64,000 bases of DNA from an uncultured Holophagales bacterium (GCA_963842525.1 CAWJGT010000025.1:448001-512000); one strand, 5' to 3'. Shown: positions 49,391-58,996, counted from the stretch's first letter. Notes: generated by a model not told the origin, from the sequence alone. Made by a program: numbers and translations.

Positions 49391-49485
49391 CCTGCATCCT
49401 TTCTCCAGCGAGTTGCGCAATCCCATCACACTCACCCTTTCTGAGGCAACCGGCCGGCCAGAAGATCTTACCACCGGGGAACGGA

Positions 49486-49983
49486 TCATCCCACCCTTAT
49501 GAACCGCGCCTCGTAGCGCCCCTTCCCCTGCCTCACCTGGCGCAGGCGCCCGGTGCGGGTCAGGCGCCGGCAGACGTCGGACATCTGCCGGGAGGTGACG
49601 GGCTTGCGCAGCCGGCCTGCGAACCGGCGGTTTACCTCTTTGGCGAGCCACCCGGGACCAAAGTGCTGGTCCGCACCGAGCTCCGCCACGATCGTCTTCA
49701 GGATCAGCGTCAGACGCGGTTTCGACGCGGGGCCGATGTCTGTGCCCTCATCCGGCGGACCGGAGCGGGAGACGCGATGCCCGATGAGCTCCAGGGCGGC
49801 GGCGGAGACCGCGCGGAGCTCCTCCAGCCGCCGGGAGGCTGCTTCAAGCGCGGTCTCGTGCTGGCTCCGTTTCTCGCGATGGAACGCCTCGTGCTGGGCA
49901 TGATGGGCGCTCCGCTCCCGGTGCACCGCCACCTCCGCTTCCAGCGCGGCCACGATCTGCTCGACCGACCACTGCTTGCCCAT
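49486..49983 (-). CDS. Hypothetical coiled-coil + winged-helix-like protein
   Basis: RBS AAGGAG; His-rich coiled coil; SDVCRRLTRTGRLRQVRQG. Confidence 0.65.
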   Translation of the reverse strand: MGKQWSVEQIVAALEAEVAVHRERSAHHAQHEAFHREKRSQHETALEAASRRLEELRAVSAAALELIGHRVSRSGPPDEGTDIGPASKPRLTLILKTIVAELGADQHFGPGWLAKEVNRRFAGRLRKPVTSRQMSDVCRRLTRTGRLRQVRQGKGRYEARFIRVG

Positions 49984-50180
49984 CGCGCTCTCCTTGTCGG
50001 GAGCGGGCACCGCGGGCCGTTTCTCGACCCATCCCGACTTTTGGGAAAACCGCTCCGGACAGGATGCGGCGCCCGCAGGCACGATCTCTGATCGATGGGC
50101 ACTCACTGCCCCACGATGATTCTCGACCTGCTGTCGCTCCGGCGGGCAGTGGATGCCGCCGCGGCATCCGCTGGCGGCAT

Positions 50181-50732
50181 CTACCGGCTGGAGCTGAAGA
50201 CCCTCTTCCACAATCCCAGGCAACCCAGACGCTGCGGGGGGTCTCCGTTGTTGTAGATCCGGGGATCGTCCTGGTCGATGGGCCCCTTCCGGTCCGGGTT
50301 CCTGTAGATTCCCAGGCAGTAGAAGAAATGCGACTGAATGCTGCAATCATCGCCGATGCTCAGCAGCGTGGCCTTGTCCCGTTTGGTGTCCTCGGTGAAG
50401 TAGACATGGAGATCCAAGGGTGTCGAGGGGATCAGCAAGGTGATTCCACGGCCGGGCCGAAAGAATTCCTCGGGCTCGATCCCATCCTTCGGCCAGATCT
50501 TGATCCCCGCAAAGCCGCCGCTTTTGTCTTCGGGGTGCAGCCTGAATGAGATAGCGAACCGGTGGTTCGTCCGTCCTTCAGGAAGGTTGAGCTTCAGATC
50601 CCCTGCGGCATCGAGCTCGACCTTGTCATAGAACGATCCGTCGCTCGGGATGCGCTTGAGATGGAATTTCGGTTTGTCGGAGTCGTAGGTGACCTTGACC
50701 TCGATGGCGCAATCGTCGGGAGGGTTCGCCAT
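50181..50732 (-). CDS. Small protein with C-terminal DPxI motif
   Basis: RBS AAAGGA, 183 aa, lower GC, FFYCLGI...DDPRIYNNGDPP. Confidence 0.65.
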   Translation of the reverse strand: MANPPDDCAIEVKVTYDSDKPKFHLKRIPSDGSFYDKVELDAAGDLKLNLPEGRTNHRFAISFRLHPEDKSGGFAGIKIWPKDGIEPEEFFRPGRGITLLIPSTPLDLHVYFTEDTKRDKATLLSIGDDCSIQSHFFYCLGIYRNPDRKGPIDQDDPRIYNNGDPPQRLGCLGLWKRVFSSSR

Positions 50733-53404
50733 ATTTCGTCCTTTCGTTTGGTTGGCCCAAGCCATGGAGCTTCCCGGTACCCGGCTCGTTCGAGATCTTC
50801 GAGCACGGCCAGGGCTTCTTCGTGCCGGCCCAGGTCCAGGAGCACCTGGGCCCAGGTGCTGAGCAGCCTCAGCTCCCGACACCTGGCGGCGGCCGGCTCG
50901 AGGCGTGCCGCGGCGGCGAGAAGCGTCCGTTGCCGCGCCGCCGCGCTGCCCAGGGCTCCCTCGGCTACGGCGAGCCGGAGATAGCCCCGGCCCAGCCAGC
51001 GCAGGGTGACGGGGTCGTTCGGCAAGGACTTGTCCACATCCAGCAGCACGGCGATCCCCTGGCGCGCGGTGTCGCGGGCGGCACCGGAGTCCTTCTGCAG
51101 CGACGAGCGGACGATCAGCTCGATGGCCTGGAGGCGGCGCCATTCGTGCTGTCCCGGAGCCCTGCGGACGAGCTCGGCGGCGATCTCCCGCAGGTGCTTC
51201 CACTCGGCGGCAGCCACGGCTGGCTCCCCCTGCGCCTGGTCCGCGAGGCCCAGCGTGAGATGGAGGAGCGCCAGCTTGTAGAGCCATCCGGCGTTGTCGG
51301 GATCACGCGCCACGAGCTCGCGGAGGATCGATCCGGCGGCGCGCAGATGCTCATGGCTCGCGCCGGCGTGGCCGGTCATCAGCTTCAGCTCTCCCAGATA
51401 GTAATGACTGGTCGCCAGGAGCTCCTGCCAGCGGGTGTTGCCGGCATTGGCGGACACCAGCTCGCGGCGCAGCGCCAGCTCAGCGCTGAGATGTGCCAGG
51501 GCTGCGGAAAGCCGGCCCAGATCCTGCTCGATGGCTCCGAGCGAGTTGTAGGCGGCGGCGAGCTCGAACTTCCAGTCGAGGTTGCGGGGGTCCAGGGCGG
51601 CAAGCCGGCGATTGATGGCGAGCGCGCTTTGAAAATGGCGCAGCGCCGCCTCCGGTTGCCCTTCCTCTTCCAGGAGAGAGCCCAGGTTGCTGTGGCCGTA
51701 TGCCACTTCGAGCTGCCAGTCGGTCCGTCCGGGATCGAGCCGGATGAGCTGTTCTGAAAGCTCCAGGTAGCTCTCCAGGTGCGGGCGGGCCGCGGCGAGC
51801 CGCCGTTGCTGCCAGTGCACATACCCCACCCAGAAGTGGCTCTGCCCGAGGCCGAAGAGCCGCTCGCCGGTGGGGTCGCGGTCGGCCAGCGCCTGCGCCA
51901 GCTCGAGCGATTCCTGGAGAGGCGCCAGGGCTCTCGCGAGGTCTCCCCGGCGGATGCGCACGTCGCCGATCTGGTAGAGGGCCTGGGAGCGGCGCGCCAG
52001 CTCGTCGTCGGACAGCTCTTCCTGCGGCACCGCGGCGAAGTACCCCATGGCGCGCTTGCCTACGTCGTCCAGGATCTCCAGCTTGCCGAGAGCGTCGAGC
52101 TTGTCCCGCAGGTCGGTGAGCATGAAGCCGATGAGGTCCTCGGCCTGGCCGCGCCGCAGCTCCGCGCGGCGGTTGGCCATCCGCGCCTCGACGCCCAGGA
52201 CCGCGGCCACCACCAGGGCGGCGGCCAGCAGCACGGCGGCGACGCCGGCCACGGCGAGCAGCAGGCGATGGCGCAGGGCGAAGCGGGTGAGGCGGTAGGA
52301 AAGCCTCGCGGCATGGGCCTCCACCACGTCGCCGTCGAGGAAACGCCGGAGGTCTTCGGCCAGGGCACGCACCGTGGGATACCGCGCCTCGGGGTCTTTC
52401 TCCAGGCACTTGAGGACGATGGCTTCGAGGTCCGCCGGCAGCGTCGGCAGGAGCTGGCGCGGCGGCTGTGGAGCGTCCTCGCGCACCTGCCGCAGCAGCT
52501 CCATCAGATCCGGGGAACGGAACGGCGGCTGGCCGGCGAGCAGCTCGTAGAAGGTCACGCCGAGCCCATAGACGTCTGCCCGGCGGTCTGCCTGCGCCGC
52601 TCCGGCGCGCAGCAGCTCCGGCGCCAGGTAGGCGGGAGTGCCCGCCAGCTCTTCAGACGGCCCAGACTCGCTCCACAAGGCGATCCCGAAGTCGGCGATC
52701 CACGTTTTCCAGCCGCCGTCCGGCGTCCCCTCCACCAGGATGTTCGAGGGCTTGACGTCGCGGTGGATCAGGCCTTCGCGATGGGCGGCATGGAGGCCCT
52801 CGGCCACCTGGGCGATGAGGCGGACCTTCTGCTCCAGCGAGGTCTCGTCGCGGATGGCGAGCAGCGTGGGCCCGTCCACCCAGCGCATGGCGATGAAGGG
52901 ACGGCCCTCCAGGTCGCCGGTCTCGTAGACCTCCAGCACGTTGTCGTGGCGCACCCGGGCCTGGGCCTGGGCCTCGCGCAGGAAGCGGCTGCGCGCCCCG
53001 GGCTCGACGCGGTCGAGGAATTTGAGCGCCACCGGCCGCTGGAGCTGCAGGTCGAACGCCTTGTGGACCTGTGCCATGCCGCCCTCGCCGATGAGGTCGC
53101 CGAGCTCATAGCGCTCGGCGCCGGTCATCGGTCCGGACCCGGCTTCGTCCGTGGGATCGCGGGCACGCTCCGCCGCGGCCAGCAGCTCGCCGGCAGGCAC
53201 GGCGAGGAAGCTCTCGGGCAGCGCGGCGGCCATCTCCAGCCGGCGGCGCACCTCCATGAGGACCGCCGGCTCGGAGATCGTCACCTGCCGCAGGAAGCTG
53301 TCCCGCTCTCCCGGCTCCAGAGAGGCCGCGGCAAGGACGATCTCGCCCACCCGGAGGAGAGCGTGCGACGGAAGAGAACCCCTCTCAGGCGCGGAGCTCA
53401 CCAT
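50594..53404 (-). CDS. Membrane Ser/Thr protein kinase with TPR repeats
   Basis: IGEGGMAQV, HRDVKPSN, DFGIA, GTPAYLAPE, TM segment, TPR repeats; 3' end overlaps next gene by 139 nt. Confidence 0.92.
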   Translation of the reverse strand: MVSSAPERGSLPSHALLRVGEIVLAAASLEPGERDSFLRQVTISEPAVLMEVRRRLEMAAALPESFLAVPAGELLAAAERARDPTDEAGSGPMTGAERYELGDLIGEGGMAQVHKAFDLQLQRPVALKFLDRVEPGARSRFLREAQAQARVRHDNVLEVYETGDLEGRPFIAMRWVDGPTLLAIRDETSLEQKVRLIAQVAEGLHAAHREGLIHRDVKPSNILVEGTPDGGWKTWIADFGIALWSESGPSEELAGTPAYLAPELLRAGAAQADRRADVYGLGVTFYELLAGQPPFRSPDLMELLRQVREDAPQPPRQLLPTLPADLEAIVLKCLEKDPEARYPTVRALAEDLRRFLDGDVVEAHAARLSYRLTRFALRHRLLLAVAGVAAVLLAAALVVAAVLGVEARMANRRAELRRGQAEDLIGFMLTDLRDKLDALGKLEILDDVGKRAMGYFAAVPQEELSDDELARRSQALYQIGDVRIRRGDLARALAPLQESLELAQALADRDPTGERLFGLGQSHFWVGYVHWQQRRLAAARPHLESYLELSEQLIRLDPGRTDWQLEVAYGHSNLGSLLEEEGQPEAALRHFQSALAINRRLAALDPRNLDWKFELAAAYNSLGAIEQDLGRLSAALAHLSAELALRRELVSANAGNTRWQELLATSHYYLGELKLMTGHAGASHEHLRAAGSILRELVARDPDNAGWLYKLALLHLTLGLADQAQGEPAVAAAEWKHLREIAAELVRRAPGQHEWRRLQAIELIVRSSLQKDSGAARDTARQGIAVLLDVDKSLPNDPVTLRWLGRGYLRLAVAEGALGSAAARQRTLLAAAARLEPAAARCRELRLLSTWAQVLLDLGRHEEALAVLEDLERAGYREAPWLGPTKRKDEIWRTLPTIAPSRSRSPTTPTNRNSISSASRATDRSMTRSSSMPQGI

Positions 53405-53960
53405 AAAGCCACGTCCGCGCAGCCTGCCAGTCGCGCACCACCGTGGGCCGCGACACGCCGAGGGCTTCGGCGGTCTCGTCGACCGACAGGCCGGCGAAGT
53501 ACCGCATCTCCACCAGCTTCTCGTAGCGCGGTTGGATCTTGGCCAACCGCTCCAGGGCCTGATGGACCGCCAACAGCTCTTCCGGGGGTTGGCTTACAGG
53601 ATTGCGGCAGTCCTCCGGGATCTCCGCCCGGGTATCGACCCCGTCCCGCTTGCCGGCGAGCCGCCGCCGCGCCTCGTCGACCAGGACGAAACGCATGGCG
53701 CGGGCCGCCACCGCAAAGAAGTGCCCGCGGTCGTGCCACTCCAGGCCGGAGGCGGCGGGACCGAGCAGCCGCAGGTAGGCCTCATGGACCAGGGTCGTCG
53801 TGCCGAGCCGGCGCTTTCCGGGCTGCCCGCGAAGCACACTGCGGGCGAGGATCTTGAGCTCGCGGTAGAGGACCGGCCACAGCTCCTGCTCCGCCTCGTC
53901 GCTGCCCGCACGGCACTGGCGCAGCAGAAGGGTGATCCCCTCGGGGGAGGATCTGATCAT
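53385..53960 (-). CDS. ECF sigma factor, TIGR02999/ECF43 type
   Basis: ITLLL, TTTLVHEAYLRL, HFFAVAARAMR, RYFAGLS, RDW; overlaps STK start. Confidence 0.92.
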   Translation of the reverse strand: MIRSSPEGITLLLRQCRAGSDEAEQELWPVLYRELKILARSVLRGQPGKRRLGTTTLVHEAYLRLLGPAASGLEWHDRGHFFAVAARAMRFVLVDEARRRLAGKRDGVDTRAEIPEDCRNPVSQPPEELLAVHQALERLAKIQPRYEKLVEMRYFAGLSVDETAEALGVSRPTVVRDWQAARTWLYGELRA

Positions 53961-54002
53961 GAGATGGCGGCGAGCTTAGCACACCGGGCCCACTGCCCGG
54001 CC

Positions 54003-54317
54003 TCAGTGTCCCGAAGGGCCCGAAGGGGGAAGCTCGGTCGGGTCGAGGAGCCGGCTGCTATGGCGAACCGTCAGGATGGAGACTTGTTGCGCTTCGATCC
54101 GATAGATGATGCGGTATCTGCCGTAACTCAGCTCTCGAAACTCCGAGTTTTCCCATTCCGGCACCATCCTCCCCATCTTCGGCAGCCGCGCCAGGTGCCT
54201 GGCGGCGGCAAAGAGTCCCTTCAGCCATTTCTCGGCAGCCCTTGGATTGTCTTTGGCGATGTGTCTGGCCTGCTCGACGGCACGGTCGATCGCCAGCGGA
54301 GACCAGATGACTTTCAA
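54003..54317 (-). CDS. RelE/ParE toxin
   Basis: KVIWSPLA, PKMGRMVPE, YRIIYRI, VRHSSR. Confidence 0.9.
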   Translation of the reverse strand: MKVIWSPLAIDRAVEQARHIAKDNPRAAEKWLKGLFAAARHLARLPKMGRMVPEWENSEFRELSYGRYRIIYRIEAQQVSILTVRHSSRLLDPTELPPSGPSGH

Positions 54318-54595
54318 GCTCGGAGCCTTGAGAGGGCCTGACTCAGAGCCTCCCGATGAGAAACTCCCTCCCCATCGCCAATCTGGCGAGCCGCCAAGCA
54401 GACGTCTCGGAGCAACTCGATCTCGTCAAGAAGGTGCTGATACTCGCCGATGTCCAGAACTACGGCCGAGGAGTGGCCTCTTTGAGTGAGCACCAAAGCT
54501 CTCTTGCTTTCCCGAACCTTCTGAATCATCCCCGCAGCGTCCGCGCGGAACTCCGAAAGAGGGCGGATATCTTCTTCAAGGTTGACTCGGGGCAT
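54314..54595 (-). CDS. Phd/YefM antitoxin
   Basis: DIRPLSEFRA, LTQRGHSSAVVL; overlaps toxin start. Confidence 0.9.
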   Translation of the reverse strand: MPRVNLEEDIRPLSEFRADAAGMIQKVRESKRALVLTQRGHSSAVVLDIGEYQHLLDEIELLRDVCLAARQIGDGEGVSHREALSQALSRLRA

Positions 54596-54692
54596 GGTAG
54601 ACCCTCCTGTGGTACGTCTGATTGTACCACCGACTGGTTCTTCACTGTACGGCCGCTTTGCGCTTCCGCCAGTGCACCCTAGAATGGGCGCC

Positions 54693-55274
54693 ATGCAGCC
54701 TGAGTCGAGCCAGGAGGTCACCGAAATCCTCGACGCCTGGAGCGGCGGCGACCCGGAGGCCCTGGAGCGGCTGGTGCCGCTGATCCTCGAAGACTTGCGG
54801 TCGCTGGCACGTGCCTACCTGGCGCGGGAGAGGCCTGGCCATACCCTCCAGCCGACCGCCCTGGTCAACGAGGCGTTCCTGCGCCTGCTGGGCCGCCGGC
54901 AGGTGCAGCTCGAGAGCCGGGTGCAGCTCTTTGCCGTCCTCGCCCAGACCATGCGCCGCATCCTGGTCGACCACGCCCGGCGCAAGAAGGCGGCGCGCCA
55001 TGGAGGCGGCACGCCGCCGCTGCCCATCGAGGAGGCGTTGGGCCTGCCGGTGCGGCAGGACGTGGACCTGGTGGCCCTCGACGAAGCGCTGAACGAGTTG
55101 GCGAGCTTCGCGCCGCGGCAGGCCGATGCGGTGCAGCTCTCCTACTTCGGCGGCCTCACCTTCGACGAGATCGCCCTGGCCCTCGAGGTCTCGCCGGCCA
55201 CCGTCCAGCGCGACCTCAAGGCGGCCAAGATGTGGTTGCTCAAGGAGCTGCAGAGCCAGGGCGCGGGAGCGTAG
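54693..55274 (+). CDS. ECF sigma factor, TIGR02999/ECF43 type
   Basis: EVTEILDAWSGGD, HTLQPTALVNEA, MRRILVDHAR, YFGGLT. Confidence 0.92.
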   Translation: MQPESSQEVTEILDAWSGGDPEALERLVPLILEDLRSLARAYLARERPGHTLQPTALVNEAFLRLLGRRQVQLESRVQLFAVLAQTMRRILVDHARRKKAARHGGGTPPLPIEEALGLPVRQDVDLVALDEALNELASFAPRQADAVQLSYFGGLTFDEIALALEVSPATVQRDLKAAKMWLLKELQSQGAGA

Positions 55275-55289
55275 CCCGTCGAGCGGCCT

Positions 55290-56876
55290 TCAATCGCTCA
55301 TCTCGATCGCCAGGAGGAGCTCCGACAATCGATTGACGGGCGCCGTCATCTCGTCGGTAGGAAATGACGTTACATAAGGAGTGTACGCATTGCAGCGCCC
55401 AGGAGGCCGGGCAGAGGCGTTGTCTCCAATCTTGACGAGGCTCCTGGCCGAGCTCAGAACATCATCTTTGTAACCCTTGACAAGATCCGGATCTGCCTTG
55501 TACGCCTGGAGCAGATAGCGCATGAATACGGCGTTCCCGGTCAGGTAGTCGCCGGTATCGCCGCCTGGCGGACGTGCCGTATAAGCATCGCCAGGACCAA
55601 TCATCATCCATGGCAAGAGGAAGCTCCCCGTGACTGTGCCGTAGGTACGTGGGCGATAGCCGTTCTTGAAAACACCCTCCATGATGTCGGAATAGAGGCT
55701 GAACACCTTCGGTTCCGGCTGCAGGTAGCCCGCGGCCTTGCCCTCGCGCAAGGCGCCGATGAGCAAACCCTGGTCTCCGGTCCAGACCAGGTTATTGATA
55801 TAGGCGGCATCCCAATATTTGCCGTCATCAAAAGTCGATACACGCTCCCGGACCAGCGATCCTGCCTGGGTCTGGACCAGCAACGACTCGTCGGTGTCCG
55901 TGGTCTCGACCATCCATTGGTTGAGCCACCCGATCTGATCCTTCCATGCCTGCAGGCAGGCGTCGGGGTCAAGCCCGGATTCACTGAACACCTGCCTGAA
56001 AGCCGGATTCTGCGAGGCGCGGTAGATCCGCAGAGTCAGGATGGCGTACAGGCCGTTGGTCACCGTGTTCTGAATGGGATTCAGATAGGCGCCTGTCCCT
56101 TGATAGGCCGTCACCGGCACGGGCTGGCTGCCATCCGTGATCGTCGAGTTCCATGCCCCTCCCGGCGAATAGCGGGGCTTCCGCTGCATCTTCTGATCCT
56201 GGGTGACCCCGGGCCAGGTTTGCTCGATATCTTTCCAGACGTTCGGAGCCCCCACGTTGGGTGTGTGATTGGCTCTGAACGCCTTCCATCCAGGAATGCT
56301 TTCATCGATGAATGGGAAGATGGCAGGATTGGTCTTCGACCAACCCGGCCCGTACATGTAGGCCCAGGTGTTGATGGCCACCTTCAGAAAGTCGTCGCGA
56401 TGGTCTGGGGAGATGTTCTGTTCGGCAGCGCGCAGCGCGGCGATGCCGACCCAGCCGAAATCATCCCACCAGCCGTTCACCGTGGTCGACGGATTGAGTG
56501 CCTGGAGGACCGTATCTCCATAGGACGAGGCGTCGACGTCGCATACTGCGAAGTAGTCGAGAAGCGTGTCCATCGCCCAGGCGTTGCGCCACAAGGCGTT
56601 AGATTGGGTGCTCCACACCGGGTAAACCTCATTGAACAACCTTTCTGCTTCCTGCTTGAAGGCTTTGACCTCCGCGCTGTCGCCGCTTGTGTTGCACTGG
56701 CTCGACCCCGCGGGCTGGCCAGTGGGCGAGACTCCCGGAGCCAGCGTTGGGGGTGATTTCGGGACGCACCCGGTCGCCGGGATAAGTAGCGTCACGCATG
56801 CGAGAGCCAGCATGAGTTTCTGTCGCACAGCCTTCTTTCGGGCTGAAGGTCTCACTGTTTTGTCCTGCATGAACAT
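55290..56876 (-). CDS. Lipoprotein, glycoside hydrolase family 76-like
   Basis: RBS GAGGAG, lipobox-like ATGC; WWDDFGW, NTVTNGL and WTGDQG resemble GH76 motifs; lower GC. Confidence 0.65.
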   Translation of the reverse strand: MFMQDKTVRPSARKKAVRQKLMLALACVTLLIPATGCVPKSPPTLAPGVSPTGQPAGSSQCNTSGDSAEVKAFKQEAERLFNEVYPVWSTQSNALWRNAWAMDTLLDYFAVCDVDASSYGDTVLQALNPSTTVNGWWDDFGWVGIAALRAAEQNISPDHRDDFLKVAINTWAYMYGPGWSKTNPAIFPFIDESIPGWKAFRANHTPNVGAPNVWKDIEQTWPGVTQDQKMQRKPRYSPGGAWNSTITDGSQPVPVTAYQGTGAYLNPIQNTVTNGLYAILTLRIYRASQNPAFRQVFSESGLDPDACLQAWKDQIGWLNQWMVETTDTDESLLVQTQAGSLVRERVSTFDDGKYWDAAYINNLVWTGDQGLLIGALREGKAAGYLQPEPKVFSLYSDIMEGVFKNGYRPRTYGTVTGSFLLPWMMIGPGDAYTARPPGGDTGDYLTGNAVFMRYLLQAYKADPDLVKGYKDDVLSSARSLVKIGDNASARPPGRCNAYTPYVTSFPTDEMTAPVNRLSELLLAIEMSD

Positions 56877-56988
56877 GGGTCTCTCCTCGTCGGGCCTCTG
56901 AAGTTCTCGGAAGAAGACCAGGAGCCGAAGGGACCGGCCGGCCCATCCCCGACCCTCGCCGACTCCTGGTGAATGTCTGTAGAGGACG

Positions 56989-57015
56989 CGCAGTCGGGGA
57001 GCCGATCTGGTCATC
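56989..57015 (-). promoter_or_regulatory. GATGA-N18-TGCG motif, copy 1
   Basis: Upstream of the GH76-like gene; same spacing as copies at 59033 and 61733. Confidence 0.6.
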
Positions 57016-57017
57016 AC

Positions 57018-57209
57018 GGAGCGGCGGTGATCCGCAGGCCCTGGAGCGGCTGGTGCCGCTGATCCTCGAAGACCTGCGGGGGCTGGCCCGCGCCTATCTG
57101 GTGCGGGAGAGGCCCGGCCACACCCTCCAGCCCACCGCCCTGGTCAACGAGGCGTTCCTGCGCCTGCTGGGCCGCCGCCAGGTACAGCTCGAAAGCCGGG
57201 TGCAGCTCT
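57018..57209 (+). pseudogene. Fragment of a duplicate ECF sigma gene
   Basis: Near-identical to 54739-54930 (offset 2279); lacks the native start. Confidence 0.85.
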
Positions 57210-57339
57210 GGACTCCACGCGGCCAGACACCGCAGGGCTTGTTCTTTGCCCGGCGGGGTGAGCTTCCCGGGGATCCCTGCTTGGCGGTGAGGCGAATGCA
57301 GGCCATAATCGCCTCATCCTGTGAGGCGATTAGCCGCTG

Positions 57340-58479
57340 ATGCCGACCTGGATCTGGGAACAAAACGACTGGCCCGCTTTCCGCTGGCGCGAGACGGAGA
57401 TCTCGCCGGTGCTCGCCCACGCCCGTCTGGCCCAGGGCCGTATCCTGGGGGCGGCCGGCCTGCTCGATCCGGCCCTGACCCTGGACGCGGACGTGAGCAT
57501 CCTCGTCGAGGACGGTGTGCAGACCAGCGCCATCGAGGGAGAACGGCTGGACCTGGATGCCGTACGCTCCTCGGTGGCCCGGCATCTCGGGCTGCCCACC
57601 GCCGGCCTGCCGGTTCCCTCCCGCGCCATCGACGGGCTCATCGACGTACTGCTCGATGCCACCCGCCGGTTCGACGCTCCTCTCACCTTGGAGCGGCTGC
57701 TGGGCTGGCAGGCGGCGCTGTTTCCCACCGGCTACTCGGGACTCAGGGCCATCCGCGGGCAGTTGCGCGGCACCGAACCGATGGAGATGGTGTCCGGCGG
57801 CGTTGGCGGGGAGCGCGTCCACTTCCTGGCCCCGCCGCGCGAGCGTCTGGAGGCGGAGCTCGTCCGTTTCCTCGGTTGGCTCGGAGAGCCCGCGAAGGAC
57901 CTGGACGGGCTGGTGCGTGCCGGGATCGCTCATCTCTGGTTCATCACGCTGCATCCGTTCGAGGACGGCAACGGCCGGCTGGCCCGCGCTGTGACCGACA
58001 TGGCCATCGCCCAAGACGAGCGCAGGCCCATGCGGCTCTTCAGCCTGTCGGCGCAGATCCAGCGCCGGCGCAGTGCCTACTACAAGATCCTGGAACGCAC
58101 CCAGCGCGGGGACCTGGACATCACGCCCTGGCTGGTCTGGTTCCTGGAGCAGGTCGAGGATGCTGCCACAGAGGCCCATTCGATCATCGCCCGCACGCTC
58201 GGCAAGGCGCGCTTCTGGCTGCGCTTTCAGGCCGTAGAGGTCAACGAGCGGCAGCGCAAGGTCTTGAACCGGTTGCTCGACGCCGGTCCGCAAGGATTTG
58301 CCGGCGGCATCAATAACCGCAAGTACATGGGCCTGGGCCGCACCAGCCGCGCCACGGCCTGGCGCGAGCTGTCCGATCTGGTCGCCAAGGGCTGTCTCGT
58401 GCCGGCCGGCAAGGGAGGCCGCAGCAGCGCCTATGAAATTCCGTGGGCGGAGCTGCAGAGTCAGGGCGCGGGAGCATAG
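57340..58479 (+). CDS. Fic family protein (DUF4172 N-terminus, C-terminal HTH)
   Basis: WIWEQNDWPAFRW, TSAIEGE, HPFEDGNGRLAR. Confidence 0.92.
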   Translation: MPTWIWEQNDWPAFRWRETEISPVLAHARLAQGRILGAAGLLDPALTLDADVSILVEDGVQTSAIEGERLDLDAVRSSVARHLGLPTAGLPVPSRAIDGLIDVLLDATRRFDAPLTLERLLGWQAALFPTGYSGLRAIRGQLRGTEPMEMVSGGVGGERVHFLAPPRERLEAELVRFLGWLGEPAKDLDGLVRAGIAHLWFITLHPFEDGNGRLARAVTDMAIAQDERRPMRLFSLSAQIQRRRSAYYKILERTQRGDLDITPWLVWFLEQVEDAATEAHSIIARTLGKARFWLRFQAVEVNERQRKVLNRLLDAGPQGFAGGINNRKYMGLGRTSRATAWRELSDLVAKGCLVPAGKGGRSSAYEIPWAELQSQGAGA

Positions 58480-58498
58480 CCCGCGCCCTGACTTGGTC

Positions 58499-58996
58499 CT
58501 ACTGCTTCTGTACAAATGAGAACGTCGCCACCGCCGCTTTCTCCCTGTACACATCGAGCGTGACGTCGACGCCACCGTTTTCCGCGGCTTGCGTCGAAAT
58601 CTTGACGGTGTCGCCCTCCTGAATGGGTTTGTCGCCAACCCCGATGCCGTCGACGACGGCGCCGATGCGATCGAGGGTCGTCTCGAGAGCGGGTTGTTCG
58701 TGACCGGTCCCCGTGAAGACGATGTAAAGCTGGGCGCGGCTCTTGGTCACCATGATGAGGTTGTACTTCTCCCCGGCTTTCACCCACTTCGTAGCCTGCT
58801 TAGGCGTGTACACCTCGTGCCCACCGTTCACCGCATCCCCGTTGTCGACGTCGAAGTCCTTCTCGTCTCCCCTGCCGGGCCAGTTGACGCCCACCACGGT
58901 GCCATTGCCCACGACATCGGCGAACGCCAGGGCCGGCATCAGCGACAGTGCCAACAACAGAAAACCTGAAATCTGCGAGACTTTGATCTTGCTCAT
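58499..58996 (-). CDS. Secreted hypothetical protein
   Basis: RBS AAGGAG, Sec signal ending AFA, beta-rich, 165 aa. Confidence 0.75.
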   Translation of the reverse strand: MSKIKVSQISGFLLLALSLMPALAFADVVGNGTVVGVNWPGRGDEKDFDVDNGDAVNGGHEVYTPKQATKWVKAGEKYNLIMVTKSRAQLYIVFTGTGHEQPALETTLDRIGAVVDGIGVGDKPIQEGDTVKISTQAAENGGVDVTLDVYREKAAVATFSFVQKQ

